Positions 13,437-27,290 of a DNA stretch of 64,000 nt are shown here, piece by piece. The notes under the pieces are model-generated. The model was not told the DNA's origin, searched no databases, and was given only the letters and a program-made list of their open reading frames with translations. The position numbers and the translations under genes were made by a program. Position 1 is the first letter of the stretch; each line of letters starts with the position of its first letter. The stretch is from Camelus dromedarius (lineage: Eukaryota): contig NC_087436.1 of NCBI RefSeq assembly GCF_036321535.1, forward strand, positions 100,008,001 to 100,072,000. Reading direction: 5' to 3'.

Positions 13437-13900
13437 AGACATTATTTTCTGGAAGTAAGTCTTTAAAGTGACAGTACATAAAATATGGTATGGACTAAGT
13501 AGAACTGAGGACAAAGAAGATTCCTCTTATTCTCAGTGAAAAATTAACAATCTTCATCATATGATAATTAAGCAGAGATTAATTATACTAGTAGATACTG
13601 CCTTTTGAGATTCAGACTTTATTTTCTCAAGCCTGAAATTTTAGAAAAGTAGCAGAAAATATCTGAATATTGGAGTGGATGATTACTTATGGAACTGTTT
13701 TCTTAAAATAATAGAAAGACAAAACCTTTTAGTTTTGTAGTTGGTAACAAATAGACAGATACCAATGACACCAAATTCTTTCAGAGAATAAAATGCCTAA
13801 TTTATGAGTATAAGTGATATGAAGAGTTCTTGACTCTGAATGTAAGCAGAAAAGTGTAATTTTCATCAATCTGGGGATGTATAAGAAGTATAAGGTAATT
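13437..13900 (+). mobile_element. Possible MLT1 internal region following the LTR
   Basis: CTGGAAGTAAG...GTGACAGTACATAAAATATGG...GAACTGAGG resembles the start of MaLR-int; extent uncertain. Confidence 0.4.
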
Positions 13901-13955
13901 TATCTGGGAAAAAAATTCACATATAATTTTTAAAAGAGGTCATAAAATAATAAAA

Positions 13956-14035
13956 CAAAACAAAACAAAACAAAACAAAGCAAAGCAAAGCAAAGCAAAG
14001 CAAAGCAAAGCAAAGCAAAGCAAAACAAAACAAAA
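13956..14035. repeat. Compound pentanucleotide microsatellite (CAAAA)4(CAAAG)9(CAAAA)3
   Basis: Units counted directly in the sequence. Confidence 0.97.
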
Positions 14036-14709
14036 TAGTAGCTGACTTTATCAAGCTGCTTACCTAAGCCAGGAAACTTCTCTTAAATCTACTGTCACAT
14101 TTCTGATGAGTGGGTAGCATTTCACAAGGTCCCAGCCCTGGAATTATAATAATAAAATAAGATTGTTAAGGAGATGGGAGGTAATGGGAGTTTGCTGGTA
14201 AAGTTACATCTATAGTTACGTTTCCTGGTTTAGGCTCTTTGTTATAGCCTTGATTCCTTAATTTGTTTCTTTTTTTACATAAACCAGCTACATCAAATTT
14301 TGTTTGACACTTAGTTTATCCCAGCCCAAATTATCAATTATCCTAGGTATAAGATGACAAAACTAGAATCTGAAATTAATTCATTCTTGACTTTTATCAA
14401 ACTACCTTCTTTCTTTAGTATTATAGATTGGTTCCTTCACTTATTTCTTTAAGTGTTTAATATCTGTTCATATTTTTGTTAAATTTTACACCTTTTTATT
14501 TTAAATTACAAATATAGACAGTTTTTAAAGTCAGAAAATTATAATGAAAAGAATAAAAATGTGCTATAATCCAACCCAGCAGAGCTAACTAGGCTATTAA
14601 AAGGCTCTTGATCATTCCTCTGTTATATAGGTCCTGTTTTATTTCCAAATTAAGATCTACTGAGATTATACTGAATATCCTTAGTCAAGAACATTTCTGG
14701 CTATAAATA

Positions 14710-15005
14710 CAGTTTACCCTTGAATAACATAGGTTTGAACTGGGCAGATCCACTAACACATTTTGTTTTGTTTTGTTGTGTTTTGAGTAGTAAATACTAC
14801 CACACATTACAGCTTAGTTGAATCCACAGATGGGGTACTTCCCATATGGAGGGCAGACTATAAATCATACAAGGCTATTCCACTGCGCTGAGAGTCAGGC
14901 CCCTAACCTACCCCACTTCCTACTCCTTCACCTCGCCCCACCCCCGCCCAGTTCCCCCCTACACATACACACACGCATGCGCACCCTTTGTTCAAGGATC
15001 AGTTG
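14710..15005. mobile_element. TcMar-Tigger MITE (Tigger2a/MER28-like)
   Basis: TIRs CAGTTTACCCTTGAATAAC ... TGTTCAAGGATCAGTTG, with TA on both sides (14708-14709, 15006-15007). Confidence 0.85.
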
Positions 15006-15699
15006 TAATGGCAAAACCTAGTAGGAAGGCTTAAATAAGTAGAGTTTAGCAATGGCATGATAAAACTAGACTCTTCTTGGTGTTCTCCTAGCGTTAGAAT
15101 TAGGTCTTCCTTTATATAACAACTTCTATTTTAAAGATAGCTACTTGTCCCTAAAAGCATCATTTCTATGGTCTACAGAAGTGAAAGGGAGAAAAGCTTA
15201 AGGGTCCAGAGGTATCCCAAGCAACTCTGTGTTGTTGTTGTTGCTGTTTTTCTGAAGCTTTCTTTTCATCTCGTTCAGTAGCTAAGCTCACCCCCACCAA
15301 AATCAGCACTTGTATACACCACCTGGATAATTATTTTAGGGTATGAAAACAGGGAAGAGGAAGAAATTGAGAAGGCTTATGGGGTAAGAGGCAAAAACTA
15401 AACTGAGAAGGCACGATTAAGCTGGTTAAGTGGGAAACTGGGCATCAACCCCTACTATTTAGAATACACCTCAGAATTTTCAGTCTGAAATGAGGAACGA
15501 CCTATTTATTCACTGACACCTGCCTCCCACCTCCTTTGCATAAAGGTCATCCCAGAAGTAGTGAAGTCCTCTTACTTCACTTTTACTCTATGTGCCAAAG
15601 GAGATGAGTGGGCTTGGTCCGCATCCCACTCAGTGAGAGCAGAGCTGATCAAGCAAAACAATTATTAGTCCTTTCCAAATTTGATTTGATGGAACTTTA

Positions 15700-18600
15700 T
15701 TGATATTTATGAATTCATTTTATATTTATATTCCATTACTCTTTCCAAGCCTAGGCCAATATTCCATTGCACTTTTGTATGGTAACTTGTATTATATTCA
15801 TTATTATAAATCATTTTTCTGCTACTTTCATGTAATGATGGTTATCAAATTCTTCCTCAAAGTTTTTAAGATATGATTTCAATTTTCAAAAATTATTTGA
15901 ATTATTTTACACTAAATGTATAAAACAGCTTTGAAAAATAATGATAATTTCACAATGGCATATAATTCACCTTTTAACTTATTTAAAAAATTTGAATATG
16001 CCTTAACAAATATATATTGTTTTTTATGTTTATATAGATTCTTCATAATTTTCTCCCAGATCATTGGCTTATATTTTATAATTTCATTGTAATTTTCATA
16101 TTGTTGATTAATGTATTGCTTCCATTGTACCTTCTAACTCACTATTGCCAAGGAGTAAGCTATTAAAAATGTACATATCTGCCCAACTTCCTCAACTCAC
16201 TTGTTACATTCCAGCTCTAATTGGAGTTTCATAGCTGCTCTAGGTAGGCAAGCTTTTCCACAAGTTATTATTTCTGTTTCCTGCTTCCTGCTTTTACTAG
16301 CATCAGGGATCATTTTGAATAATAGTGATAAAAACAGGCATCATGTCCTTATTCTTGACTTTATTGGTAATGACTTCAGTGCAACAGATTCTGCAAGATA
16401 TTAATAGGTATGCGTAAAAGTTTCACAGACCAAATGAGTGGAGGGAAACGTGAGTTAACATACTTGAACAAGACCTGGCAAGTAATTAGTCATATAAAAT
16501 TAACTATTATTTTTTTATTACTTTTCTAATTATCTATGTATCTCTTTAATTTCCTACGGCACATTCCCAAAGAGTACTTTAAGGTATTTAAAATACACCT
16601 GCAAGGAATTATCATGGACTTTTTATCTAATAATCCTTTGTCGGCTTTAGGTATTTTAAGTATGGTTCACTTCTCTGTCAATTGTCTATTAACTTTTTTC
16701 CTCATTGTACTTAATTGAAAGGAAATATTTAATTTTAATATACAGCAATCAAATTAATAATTTTAATGAATTTACCTTTTATGTTTAAAGAAATACTTTA
16801 CCATCCCTAATTGATCTTCTGTGTCACAAAGACAGTCTATATTGTTAATCTATATTAACTGTTTTAAAATTAGGGTTTTTTTTTTTTCCTACTAGCATTT
16901 GTAATCAGTCTCCTCCATCTGTAAATTTATTTTCATATATTTAACCTAATATTGTATTTATTTGCATCATCTCTTAGCATTTCTTGACTAGTGCTGATAA
17001 AGACCAGTCTTTTTTATTCATCTATTCAAAGAACATGTTTGTTTCTATAATCTTGTATTTTTGTTGTGTTTAGTTTTACCCTTATATTGATTTCATTTTT
17101 TCTTGATTTTTAAATTTTCTTGCTGTTATTGTTTCTGTTGTACTTTTTCCTATGTTGTTCTTTTGAGGTAATGAATTTAAATTTTTAGATTTCTCTTCTA
17201 TGGTAGCTTTGTTTTCACATATTTTGACAGATGGTAGTACAGCACTTTAATTCTGATATTTGTTAATTAGCTGCCTGGTTTATTTTTCAGTGTAAAGTAC
17301 ATTTCTAATTATGTGGATTTATAGTCTACATATTGGTTATTACTTTCTAATTTTATTGTCTTATATTTAGAGAATGTAATCTGATATTTATCTCTAGGAA
17401 TTTACTGATGTATACTTCTGGCCTAAATAATTGTCTATTTGTGAAAATGTTCAACATATGCTTGTATATGCTGGAGACTATTACTTTGGGGTCAAGTTAT
17501 CTATATTCATAGGTCAGGCATATTAGACTTGCTAAATTTTGATGTCTATTCTTAATTTTTTCTAATGAAAAAATTATCAGCTAACAAAAGAGGTTAAAAT
17601 TTCTAACTACTATTCATTAATTCATCTAAACTTATTAATGTTTGTATTTTTCCTATAATTAGACAAATATATCAGCATGTTTTCATACCAGGTCATAGAT
17701 CCAACAATAATCACAGTGACTAAAATTTCATTTCTTCCTTATATATTTTATATCACACTTTCCCCTTTGTATATAGTTTTTTTTACAAGACAGTTTTATC
17801 AAGATATATGATCACTTTCTTTCTTTATAGCTCTTGAGTACTTTATGAATTTTTAAAATTAATATTATTACTTAGGTACTTCCTATAAAAATATTTCCCA
17901 TGTGGATTTCTGAAGACAAATCATCTATGGTTTGTACACCTGAAAATATTTTCACTATATCCTCATATTTCAGTGACATTTTAACAAGATCTAAAAGTTT
18001 ACATCTATGATCATTTTCTTTCTAGATAATAAAGCTATCAATTAATTGTCCTTTTTCATTCAGTGTTGCTGTTCAAAATTTAATGTCAGCCTGATTCTTG
18101 TTTCTTTGTAAATGAACTATTTTTTTTTCCTTCTGTAGAATCTCTTATAATTTTCTATTTGTCTTCGTATTCTTTAGTTTGGTGTTCATAAATTTCAGTA
18201 TAATAATGGATATTTCCTTTTCTGTTTGGCTTCTATGCAGCTTTCTAATCTGAGATCTTGCAAATTGATTTTTAACTTTTGAGTCTTGTGGAACATTGGT
18301 TTTGTCTAAAATGTCCATAAGGCATTTGGTTCATGATACATTTGGTCCATGCCAAAATATCCTTAATATTTGGTTATATTTGGTCCTGTCTAAAACATCC
18401 GCAGAGACATTTGACCCACTTCAAAACATCCATAAGACATCAGTCCATGGAATATTTGGTCCATGGAATAAGGCATTTGGTCCACACCAAAAAGTCCTTG
18501 ATATTTGCAGGATCATTTGTCTTGTCCAGAGAGTCCATAAGATATTTGGTCCATGCCAAAAGGTCCTTGTAATTGCTCCTGTCCAGAATCATTAGGCATG

Positions 18601-19190
18601 GACCAAATATGCTCATGGATGTTTTGGATAAGACCAAATGTTTGGTATGGAGCAAATGTCTTATTGGACGTTTTCGACAAGATCAAATAACCTTTAACTC
18701 TTTCAAGAAATAGATTTAGATTAATTTTCAAACATCTTCCCCCACACACCCTTCCTCTCTTTCATCTTTTATTTTTATTTTTGCCCTTGTTTTTTAATCA
18801 ATAGGTCTAATATTATTCAGATGTTAGTGTGTGTATTTCTTGCCTCAATATAGCTTACACCTCTTTTATATTTGATATCTTTAATATTTTCTTTATGCCT
18901 AGATAGATGTATCCTTAAGTTATTCTTTACCTACATCTGTCTCAGTACTTATCCTATCCACTGTATTCATTGATTCAACTAGTTTGCATATAAATAAACA
19001 ATTAGTACAACTAGGTTCTTATTCTTGTCTGCATTTTAATATCTTCCCTTTTTTTATGAGCATGTATCAAGTATATCTTAATATACTGATATGTCTTTTC
19101 TATACTCATTTAGTATAAGTTGTCAATTTTAGTCTTTATTTTGAGGTAGCCCTACTTTAATTATTTTGTCTTTTAAGCTAATATTTTTCT
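15700..19190 (-). mobile_element. Heavily degraded old L1M/HAL1-like fragments, interrupted at 18281-18692
   Basis: Long T-rich tract with antisense L1 motifs, e.g. TCAGTGTTGCTGTT...TGTCAGCCTGATTCTTGTTTCTTTGTA and CAGGCATCATGTCCTTATTCTTGACTT; boundaries approximate. Confidence 0.6.
18281..18692. mobile_element. Foldback-like insertion of degenerate direct then inverted repeats; candidate non-autonomous DNA transposon
   Basis: Recurrent (C/T)ATTTGGTCC motif in 18293-18590, in inverted form (GGACCAAAT) in 18595-18692. Flanked by TTTAACTTTT (18271-18280) and TTTAACTCTT (18693-18702). Confidence 0.65.
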
Positions 19191-21191
19191 AAGGGTTTCA
19201 TCTACTCTGTCTAGTAATCTGGACTGGGGAGTGATTGACAGCCAGATCTCAGTCCTTATTAGCCCAGTAAGGTCAGAGAAAAGCAGCAGTGAAGACCGCT
19301 AGGTCAGAAGCTCCAAGTACCACAGTTGACTACTACGTTCTTTATTTTATTTATTTAATTTTTTTTAAATCAGGAAATTTCTCTCTTCAGAGTTGCACTT
19401 TTAACCTTTTGGGGAATATGATACTGGGAGAAAGAACTCAGTTAAATTTTGGAGACTTGTAGGGGCAGAATGAGAGTAATGAAGGCCATTACCAACAGAC
19501 ATCCAAGATGTTAATTACTCTTCTCTTGCACCTAAAGAGATGTAAACATAAGAAATCAAAAGGCAAAACTTTAAAGTTTGTTTTGCAACTCACCATTTCA
19601 CTGGTTCCTGTGGCCATCCACCTTCCTCACACATACAGGTGTTGACTTAAGACAATTTTCAATTTCCTGTCTCCCATTTTAATACTCATGAACTGTGGTC
19701 TCTTAATAAGTAAATACATGAAATGAACCATATTTAGGATTCCATCACTCTGTGTGATTAAAATATTATAGGAATTTACTTCCAATAGCACTCATCTTGT
19801 AAAGCCATATTTTATTTATATTACATACTATATATCAGATGCCTGTATGTTTCTTCTTACTATCCAACTACTATTACTTGGCAATTAATATTTTTTAATA
19901 AAGATTTTCCTACATACATCATGTCTTGAAACTTCTAAGTTATTTAGACTTCCAGACATGAATAATTGCTTCAAAAGGACAACATGATTTCCTAATTCTT
20001 GGATTCCCATCCTAAAAAGTCACTGTATTAAGATTGCAGCTTACTTGTAGGAAAGCTTTAACTGTAAACAAACAAACAGAGACAAATTTATGTTTTCTTT
20101 GTTAGTAGTCAAGAATTTTATAAAGTAAAACTCATGGAGTGGTAAATGTAAGAATTGCTGAAAATATTATTAAAATCAGAAGATCGAATTTGGCCCCTGT
20201 ACAGGCCACTACTGTTATTTTATCTTTTTCCAGTGATGTTTTGTCAAAGACTAAAATGTTTATAATAAAAAGAATATATGCAATTAATAATACTGGAAAA
20301 TAATTTTTTATCAGTTAAAAAAGCATATAAATTATATCAGTGATTAATACACAATTTGTTTACTTGATGGTAAAAATCATTAAAAAAGGAAAAGGAAAAG
20401 TTAATATATATTAAAATTAAATAACAAGCGTGAAAACACTGAATGAATCCAGAAACATATTATGAAAATGAATCATTTCCGTCACGAAGTATCATATCGA
20501 TTTCATTTTTATTGATTTATTTTAATTTCTTTCTTACTGATTCATATGGATTGTTTTTATTCTTCAAGTATAATTCCTTCCTAATTTCTTTCAGGAAAAT
20601 TTTTAATAAAATGTTATCACCTAAAAATAAATATTCTACAATTGATCTGAACACTGATCTGTTTGAATCTGTTTCAAGTCCAGAGTCCATGAATAATAAG
20701 CTACAGCTTTAAAATTTTTTTAAAAAGAAAACTGGCTCTCAGTATAGATTTTCATCAATATCAAAGAGAATAAAATTACATATATCTCAGCAGTAAAGGA
20801 CAATTGTTAGAAATCTGTATTATAATCAATTTTAGTACATACATTACATGTAAATCCTTTAACTTAGCTGTCGTAATAAACTAAATCTGAATTCTAGTGG
20901 ACTGTGATTAAGCATCAAATATGATAAATTCATATCTGGTAAAGAAAAAATATTGATTAAATTAACTAATAAAGTATCTCTCTCCTCACACATTTAATCA
21001 TTGATCCCTTTTCTGAAATGTTTACTTAGCTTCTTGAATTTTAAAATACTGATTTCTTTCTAAATGTATAATACACTGTCAAAATTTATATTAAATTAGA
21101 TTTAGAAAACTCAGGAACAGTTATATCTCTTCTGCAGTTGATTTTTAAAATAATTTCAGATCACTTTGCTGAGGACAATAAAGTATATTAT

Positions 21192-21613
21192 TCTATTAGT
21201 TTCATATTGTCTCTGCAGCAAATTACCAAAACTTAGAAGCTTTAAACAACACAGATTTGTTGTCTTACAATTCTGGAGGGAGCAGTCAGAATTGGACTCA
21301 GTGGGATAATCCACATCTTCTGGAAGTCATTCGTCAGCTCCTGGCTCCTTCCTCCAACTTCAAAGCCATCAATGGCCATTGGAGTCTTTTTCACAAGGTC
21401 AACTCTGTTTCTGACTCTCCTGCCTCTCTTTTCCCAGATTAAGACCCATTCAGATAATCTTAAATAATTCCTTCATTTTAAAATCAGTTGATTAGCAACC
21501 TTGATTCAGTCTGCAACCTTACTTCTCATTTTCCACGTAATGTAACATTTTCATAGGTTCCAGGGATAAGGATGTGGACAGCTTTAAGCTGGAAGGTTAT
21601 TTTGTGTATCTCA
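21192..21613 (-). mobile_element. MaLR solo LTR (MLT1D-like)
   Basis: TATTAGTTTC...CAAATTACCAAAACTTAG...TAAACAACACAGATTT...TGATTAGCAACCTT...GGTTCCAGGGATAAGGATGTGGACA. Confidence 0.8.
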
Positions 21614-21649
21614 ATTCTCATTACAAAAATGTAACTCATGATTATCTTT

Positions 21650-22350
21650 AGCATTCATTAAAAATCATACTGATCATATACTATGGACAAGGCACTAGAA
21701 CAGGTGCTGATGAGACATCATTGTACGGTTCTTATTCTCAAGCTATATGGAACATAATAAGGGAATAAGGGTTGTTAATATGCCATTACTGTGTGATCAA
21801 AAGTATGACACTGGGAAGAGCAAGATGGTAAAAACAGAAATACACCAAAGACTCTCTCATTCTCCACTAGGGATGAAATTTGCTTCTGAAGATGGTATCT
21901 TTTAAACTGAAGTCCTAAGTAAGAATATTAGTATCCATGCATACATACACAGATGGATGCGTGTGGATGGATATGTGTGGGTGTGCATGCTTGCAATGTA
22001 TATCCAGGTAAATGGAGCAATTTGTGCAATGATTCTGAGGTGGAATGGCATGAATGACAAATTTTAGGAAATAAAATATAAAATGTATTTATACTAACAT
22101 GTGGGAAATAGATAGTGGTAAACGTAAGAATGAAGAAAATTATCAAATGGGAGGAACTTTTCTTTTTGTATGAAGAGATAGAGAATGTCTTCAACTATGA
22201 AGACTTTTGATAGAGAATTAATGTAATCAGACCTGCATTTAAGAGGATTATGCCAGCAATTATTGGAAAATTAAACAGATGTTGGGGTAGAATTATGAAG
22301 GATTAATGACAAGCACACAGTTTGCTCCAGTAATCCAAAGAGGAGAGAGT
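21650..22350 (-). mobile_element. L2 fragment
   Basis: ATTCATT...TACTATGGACAAGGCACTAG start and TAATCAGACCTGCATTTAAGAGGATTA further in. Confidence 0.6.
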
Positions 22351-23310
22351 AAGATTCTCCCGGTGACTGAAGCAAAACCTGTTATGTGAAACAAGCAGGT
22401 TGCCTGTGAAATCTCCACTCTACCAGTGTCTCTCAATGGTTTTCCTAACCTGGACAGAGGATCCACCTCTTCATGGCAAGATGCTAAGTCCACAAGAAAG
22501 TGCAAGGTTTTATTTCACATCATGTTAAGCATTCCTGACTGTCAAACAAGTGTGGATTGAAATGATCACAAGTGTGTCTGGTCAAGTCATGTTTGCCATA
22601 CATAGGAATGGTTTTCAGTGTCCACAGATCAGAAAACTCTAGAAAATCCAGTTAATATATATATATGTATTTTTTTTAATTTCTCATAACTGCATATGTG
22701 GACACTGCCTTCATTATCTGAGCCAACATTTAAGTAGCTCCTTGCCCCCCCAAAATGTCTACAGCAAAACTGTATGCTACATTATTTAAGGATTAACCTA
22801 TTAAGACCACTTTCCCCGTTTATTCTCTAGGGAATCCAAAGAAGACATGGAGGTTATTTTTATTGTTGTGAGTATTGAGAGCCTATTTTGTAACTATAAA
22901 CACAAAAATTTAACTCAGTTTTTTCCCTTATTAAGTGCAATTGCTTTTCTAATTTGCCTCTTATGTATTAAGGGAGAGTTCTTATGTTAAAAAAGACACG
23001 AGAAGTATATAAACTCAGCTACTATCTCAACATTGTATTAAGCAACAGGTGGCATTAGCATCATAAAAAAAAAAAGGATTTTTGCCAGATTTTGGTCAAA
23101 ACTGTAATGAAACAAATACAATAGGAGGATGGCTAAGCTACTCTCAAGCTGCCAAGAATTGCAGTCAAGCTGTGCACCACAAATTCAGTAAACGGAGAGA
23201 GAGGAGGCCTGCTGAAAGGGCAGTGAGGTTTCACTCAGGAAGAAGGTGGAGTAGGTGTTCTGTGGAGGTTTTTTTTTAAATTTGATTCTTCAAAAAGAGA
23301 GTTGTGGAGT

Positions 23311-23447
23311 GGGGAGCATATAGTTCAGTGGTACAGTCTGTGTTTAGCATGTATGAGGTCCTGGGTTCAATCCCCAGTACCTCCACTGAAAATAAATAAA
23401 TAAATAAACCTAATTACCTCTCCTCCAAACAAAAACAACAACAAAAA
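23311..23447 (+). mobile_element. tRNA-derived SINE (camelid Vic-1-like)
   Basis: GGGGAG head, A-box-like TAGTTCAGTGG, B-box GGGTTCAATCCCC, then (AAAT)n, CCTAATTACCTC and an A-rich tail. Homologous to 39223-39350. Confidence 0.9.
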
Positions 23448-23762
23448 ATTTTTAAGGAGTTTTTAAGGTACAGTGAAATGGGTCAGTAGAGACACAAACT
23501 CGCAAAGAAAAGAGAGAAAAGATGAAAATCATAAGAATAGAAGCTTGGTATAGGAAATGTGATCACTGCATTGCATTTTGTATAACATTCAAGCCTAAGA
23601 GAAATAAGAAATACTTTATGAATTGATGGTTCTTCAGTGATCAAATCCTGGAAATATTTTGTTCCAGTTGGCAGCTGAGGTCTTCACTTGGGTTTTCGAA
23701 TAGATAGGAAATTGATCAGTGAATCTGAGGATTATGACAATAATGACATAGCATTTTTATTG

Positions 23763-24233
23763 CAGATGGTTCCCAATTTACGATGGGTCCATTTACAATT
23801 TGTCCACTTTACGATGGTGTGAAAGTCCTACGTATTCAGTAGAAACTGTGTTTTGAATTTTGAATTTTGATCTTTTCCCAGGGCTAGCAATGTGTGGAAA
23901 GATACTGCAGCCTCAGCTCCCTGTCAGCCATGCATCACGAGGGTAAACAACCGATATACTTAACAACCATCTGTCCCCAGAAAGCCATTTTGTTTTTCAC
24001 TTTTAGTACAGTGTTCAATAAACTGCAAGAGTTAGTCAACACTTTGTTATAAAATAGGTTTTGATTTGATTATTTTGCCCAACTGTAGGCTAATATAAGT
24101 ATTCTGATCATGTTTAAGGTAGGCTAGGTTAAGCTGCAGGTGAGGTGTATTAAATACATTTTCAACTTAAGATATTTTCAACTTTTGATGAGTTTATTGG
24201 GATATAACCTCACCATAAGTCAAGAAAGATCAA
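23763..24233 (-). mobile_element. TcMar-Tigger non-autonomous element (MER47/Tigger5-like)
   Basis: CAGATGGTTCCCAATTTACGATGG end; internal TGCCCAACTGTAGGCTAAT...AAGGTAGGCTAGGTTAAGCT; ...CCATAAGTCAAGAAAGATC end. Confidence 0.88.
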
Positions 24234-26240
24234 TATATATTAATTATTTATATTCCATTAGATTAGGATTAGGGCAGAATAATTTTTCTTTCAAAATTAC
24301 TAACATCTTGTTTACTGCTTACCAAAGTGTAGGTTTTAAGTTAAGCTTTGTTGAAGAAAATAAATGAATAAATATTTATGAGTCTATATTTTTATACAGT
24401 GAATATTATTGATCACTTCCCAGGCATTGTTCTATGCCTGAAGATAAAAGAGTGAATAAATACCATTATGTCCTGTCTCTAACCTATTGCCATATCGGTA
24501 TAAGAGAAATTGTTCAATATTTATATTAATATGTCATTATTAGTGTCTTGTAGTTAGGTAGAAGTTTAGAATATGCAAAGATTTTTCTGGAGTTTGTACT
24601 TTAATAAATTCATTTCTTCAGAATAAATATGTAGACATATAAAATATATATGTTTCACATTTGGAAAAGTACCATTGACATACATAAGTGTAATTTAAAA
24701 AGAATATGTTCTTATTCTTTTAACTTTGTGTGAAGCAATAAAATACTGAAATGTTAGATAGAATTTGGCTAATTTGTCTCTGTCTTCTTATATATGAGGA
24801 GAGACAGGAAGATGTCAGAATGATGGTAAACAATGATTAATAAGAATCTCTGATTTTAAAAGGAATAAATTAAATAGTATTATTTCTAAACACAGATATT
24901 GTAGACAATTACAAGGTGACCAGAAAATTCCTGTATTTTCAGCAACTTATACTGTATATTTAATATGTGTGGGTCACGGTTTTTCTGTGCTACTAAAACT
25001 AAGAAAACTAAATAATAGCCCTTTGTCAATCTGTTTTCATTGAAAAACTTTCAAATATGTATTGCAAATATTACAGATAATTTTTTTTTAATGATTCCCA
25101 CCATGGATGCACTTACAAGGCTTAGAACTCTTCTGCAAATCAGCCTTTTTTGTATTCCCCTACAAATCAATACATTTTCTTTTCTTGAAAGGATCTGATA
25201 CAATAGGATTTTGTATACTGTTCCAGATATTTTATAGAATGAGACATTAGCAATTAGGATTAGTATCTTCACCTTGGCAAGTAGAGTGATTGAACGGAGG
25301 AGGTTGAAACTTAGAGAAGGTTTCTAACTGATTGCAGAAACATAGACTCCCCTGTTTAATGGCATGACACTGGTAACGTTTAAGGGCTATAAATTTGGAA
25401 CCAATTGGTGGAAAAGCTTCCCATGGTGTGGTGACCACTGGCAAAATGCTCTGCAACAGGAAATCAGCCTGAAAAACACTGTAGCTGCACCTTAAAATGG
25501 ACAATATAATTTTATGGCCAGTGTAACATGTGTAGCTATGAAAGTTAAAATAAGGACGGGTAAAATAAAAAGAGGTAATTAAATATCACACTTCAGTGCA
25601 TCAACCATTTATATACAGGGATAAGAGAAGTACTTCTTCTCTTCAATTGGTCCTTGTTAAAAATCATGTTTGAGTTGCTATGCTTTAGTAAGATCTACTT
25701 TATTTTGCTGTTGATGAAACCTCACTTGTGGCTTTGTGTTAAAAATGGTTTGCAGAGTACTTGGAAGGACATGGTGTCTATTCCAATACTTAGCACAGTG
25801 TAGGCAACCTTGGCCTTCATTTATGTTTCAAATCACAGTAGCTTGAGAGTATAAGTGGTCTACAATCTCACTTATAACCTCTGATTCTCTGCCCCTATTT
25901 AAGTCCTTTCAATACTTTCAAAATTTGATACAAGTTTCTTTTTCTGGGAGCAACAAGTGATAATATCATCCTGATATAAATTATGACCAATTTTAGGAAG
26001 CTTTCAGAGAGTATCATTAAAAATCATAATTTAAAGGAAGCCCTACTTATGGTTTTTAAGGCCTGTAATTATGTAAATAAAAGGAAAAAGTGTTCAAAAT
26101 ATTACAAAATTCTGACTACAGGTAGTGAATTTGACCCAAATACTTGGCTTTCCATCAGCCTCTATTTATTTCATGTAACATTGTAGTTCAGGAGGACCTT
26201 ACAAATTATCTAACACAATTGTTCAACCAGTGCATGAATG

Positions 26241-26795
26241 TGTTTAAGGGGGCAGAAAAGTTTTTACCCTTTTAGGTACTTCTGGCTGGTCTAAGAATTA
26301 CATTCACATGAAGTAGATTAAAGGAAAAAATCAAACAAAAGTTTAATAACAAGTAGGCATGGGAGAGACCCAGAAAATTGATTAATTCACCAAATGGCTG
26401 AAGCCAACACCTTAAATACTATCTTTGGCTAAAGGCAAAAGAGGATGTTGAGGATAGAGGTTTGAGATTTCAAAGAGCAAGAAGACAATTTACATGGAAA
26501 AGCAAATGTTTGGTAAATGAAAGTTTGCTGGGCTATACAGAAACAATGGGACACAGAGGGACTCTGATCTGTAGGCCCTGCCAAATTTCCCTTACCACAC
26601 TGAGGCCATATTTTTTGTAGATATCTATGGTAATAACCCTATTCCAAGAACAGGCCCTCTATCTAAATTCTTTTAGTCAGCTAGGGAAAAGTCAAAGGTT
26701 CTTCCTGAGTCTTTTGGGCCTTGATTGTTTTCAACTTGAAGTAATCTGCATGTCTAAGAGATACATTTTGTGATAGCAAATTATACTCCCCTACA
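26241..26795 (-). mobile_element. ERV1 solo LTR (MER34-like family)
   Basis: TG...CA termini with 4-bp TSD AATG (26237-26240, 26796-26799). Minus strand starts TGTAGGGGAGTATAATTTGCTATCACAAAATGTAT. Confidence 0.85.
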
Positions 26796-27029
26796 AATGC
26801 AAAATAAAATAATTTAAAAATAAATAACATATGACAGGAAAACATATAATAGACTAGACTGAATGTACTGTATCTTTTGCATGTCACTAAATTGACTTCA
26901 GCAGTGAGCTTATATTCTCTCCTGTGAATAGTCATTGTCCTATTCCCACAACAATTTATAATAGCAATTTTTCTTTAGTGAATGCTACCTGTATGTGAGA
27001 AGTTGTATTGGATAACTGATCCGCTTTAA

Positions 27030-27195
27030 CTCAATTAATTGCCGTAATACATTTGCATTATCAATATAATTACCTCACTGTGTAGTTAAATGAATTGAAT
27101 ATAGTTAAGTGACTCAAAGGTCACCAGTTACTTCATGTTAGAGCTGGGATTCACATTCAGATTGTACTCAAAGGCTTTTACTCTTAGTTACTGTG
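27030..27195 (-). mobile_element. MIR fragment
   Basis: GTTAAGTGACTCAAAGGTCAC...AGAGCTGGGATTCACA core. Confidence 0.65.
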
Positions 27196-27290
27196 TTTTA
27201 CAAACCTCCACTCAAATTTACCTTACTGTGGTACAGCTCATGTATACACACCAATATCACAAGGTAGACATTAAACTCTTTAATGGAAGA

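Noticed and set aside
18281..18692. CRISPR-like array, or coding ORFs (18296-18595 and overlapping)
   Set aside because: Units are degenerate and adjacent with no unique constant-length spacers, orientation flips, there are no cas genes and the context is mammalian. The ORFs merely translate the repeat.
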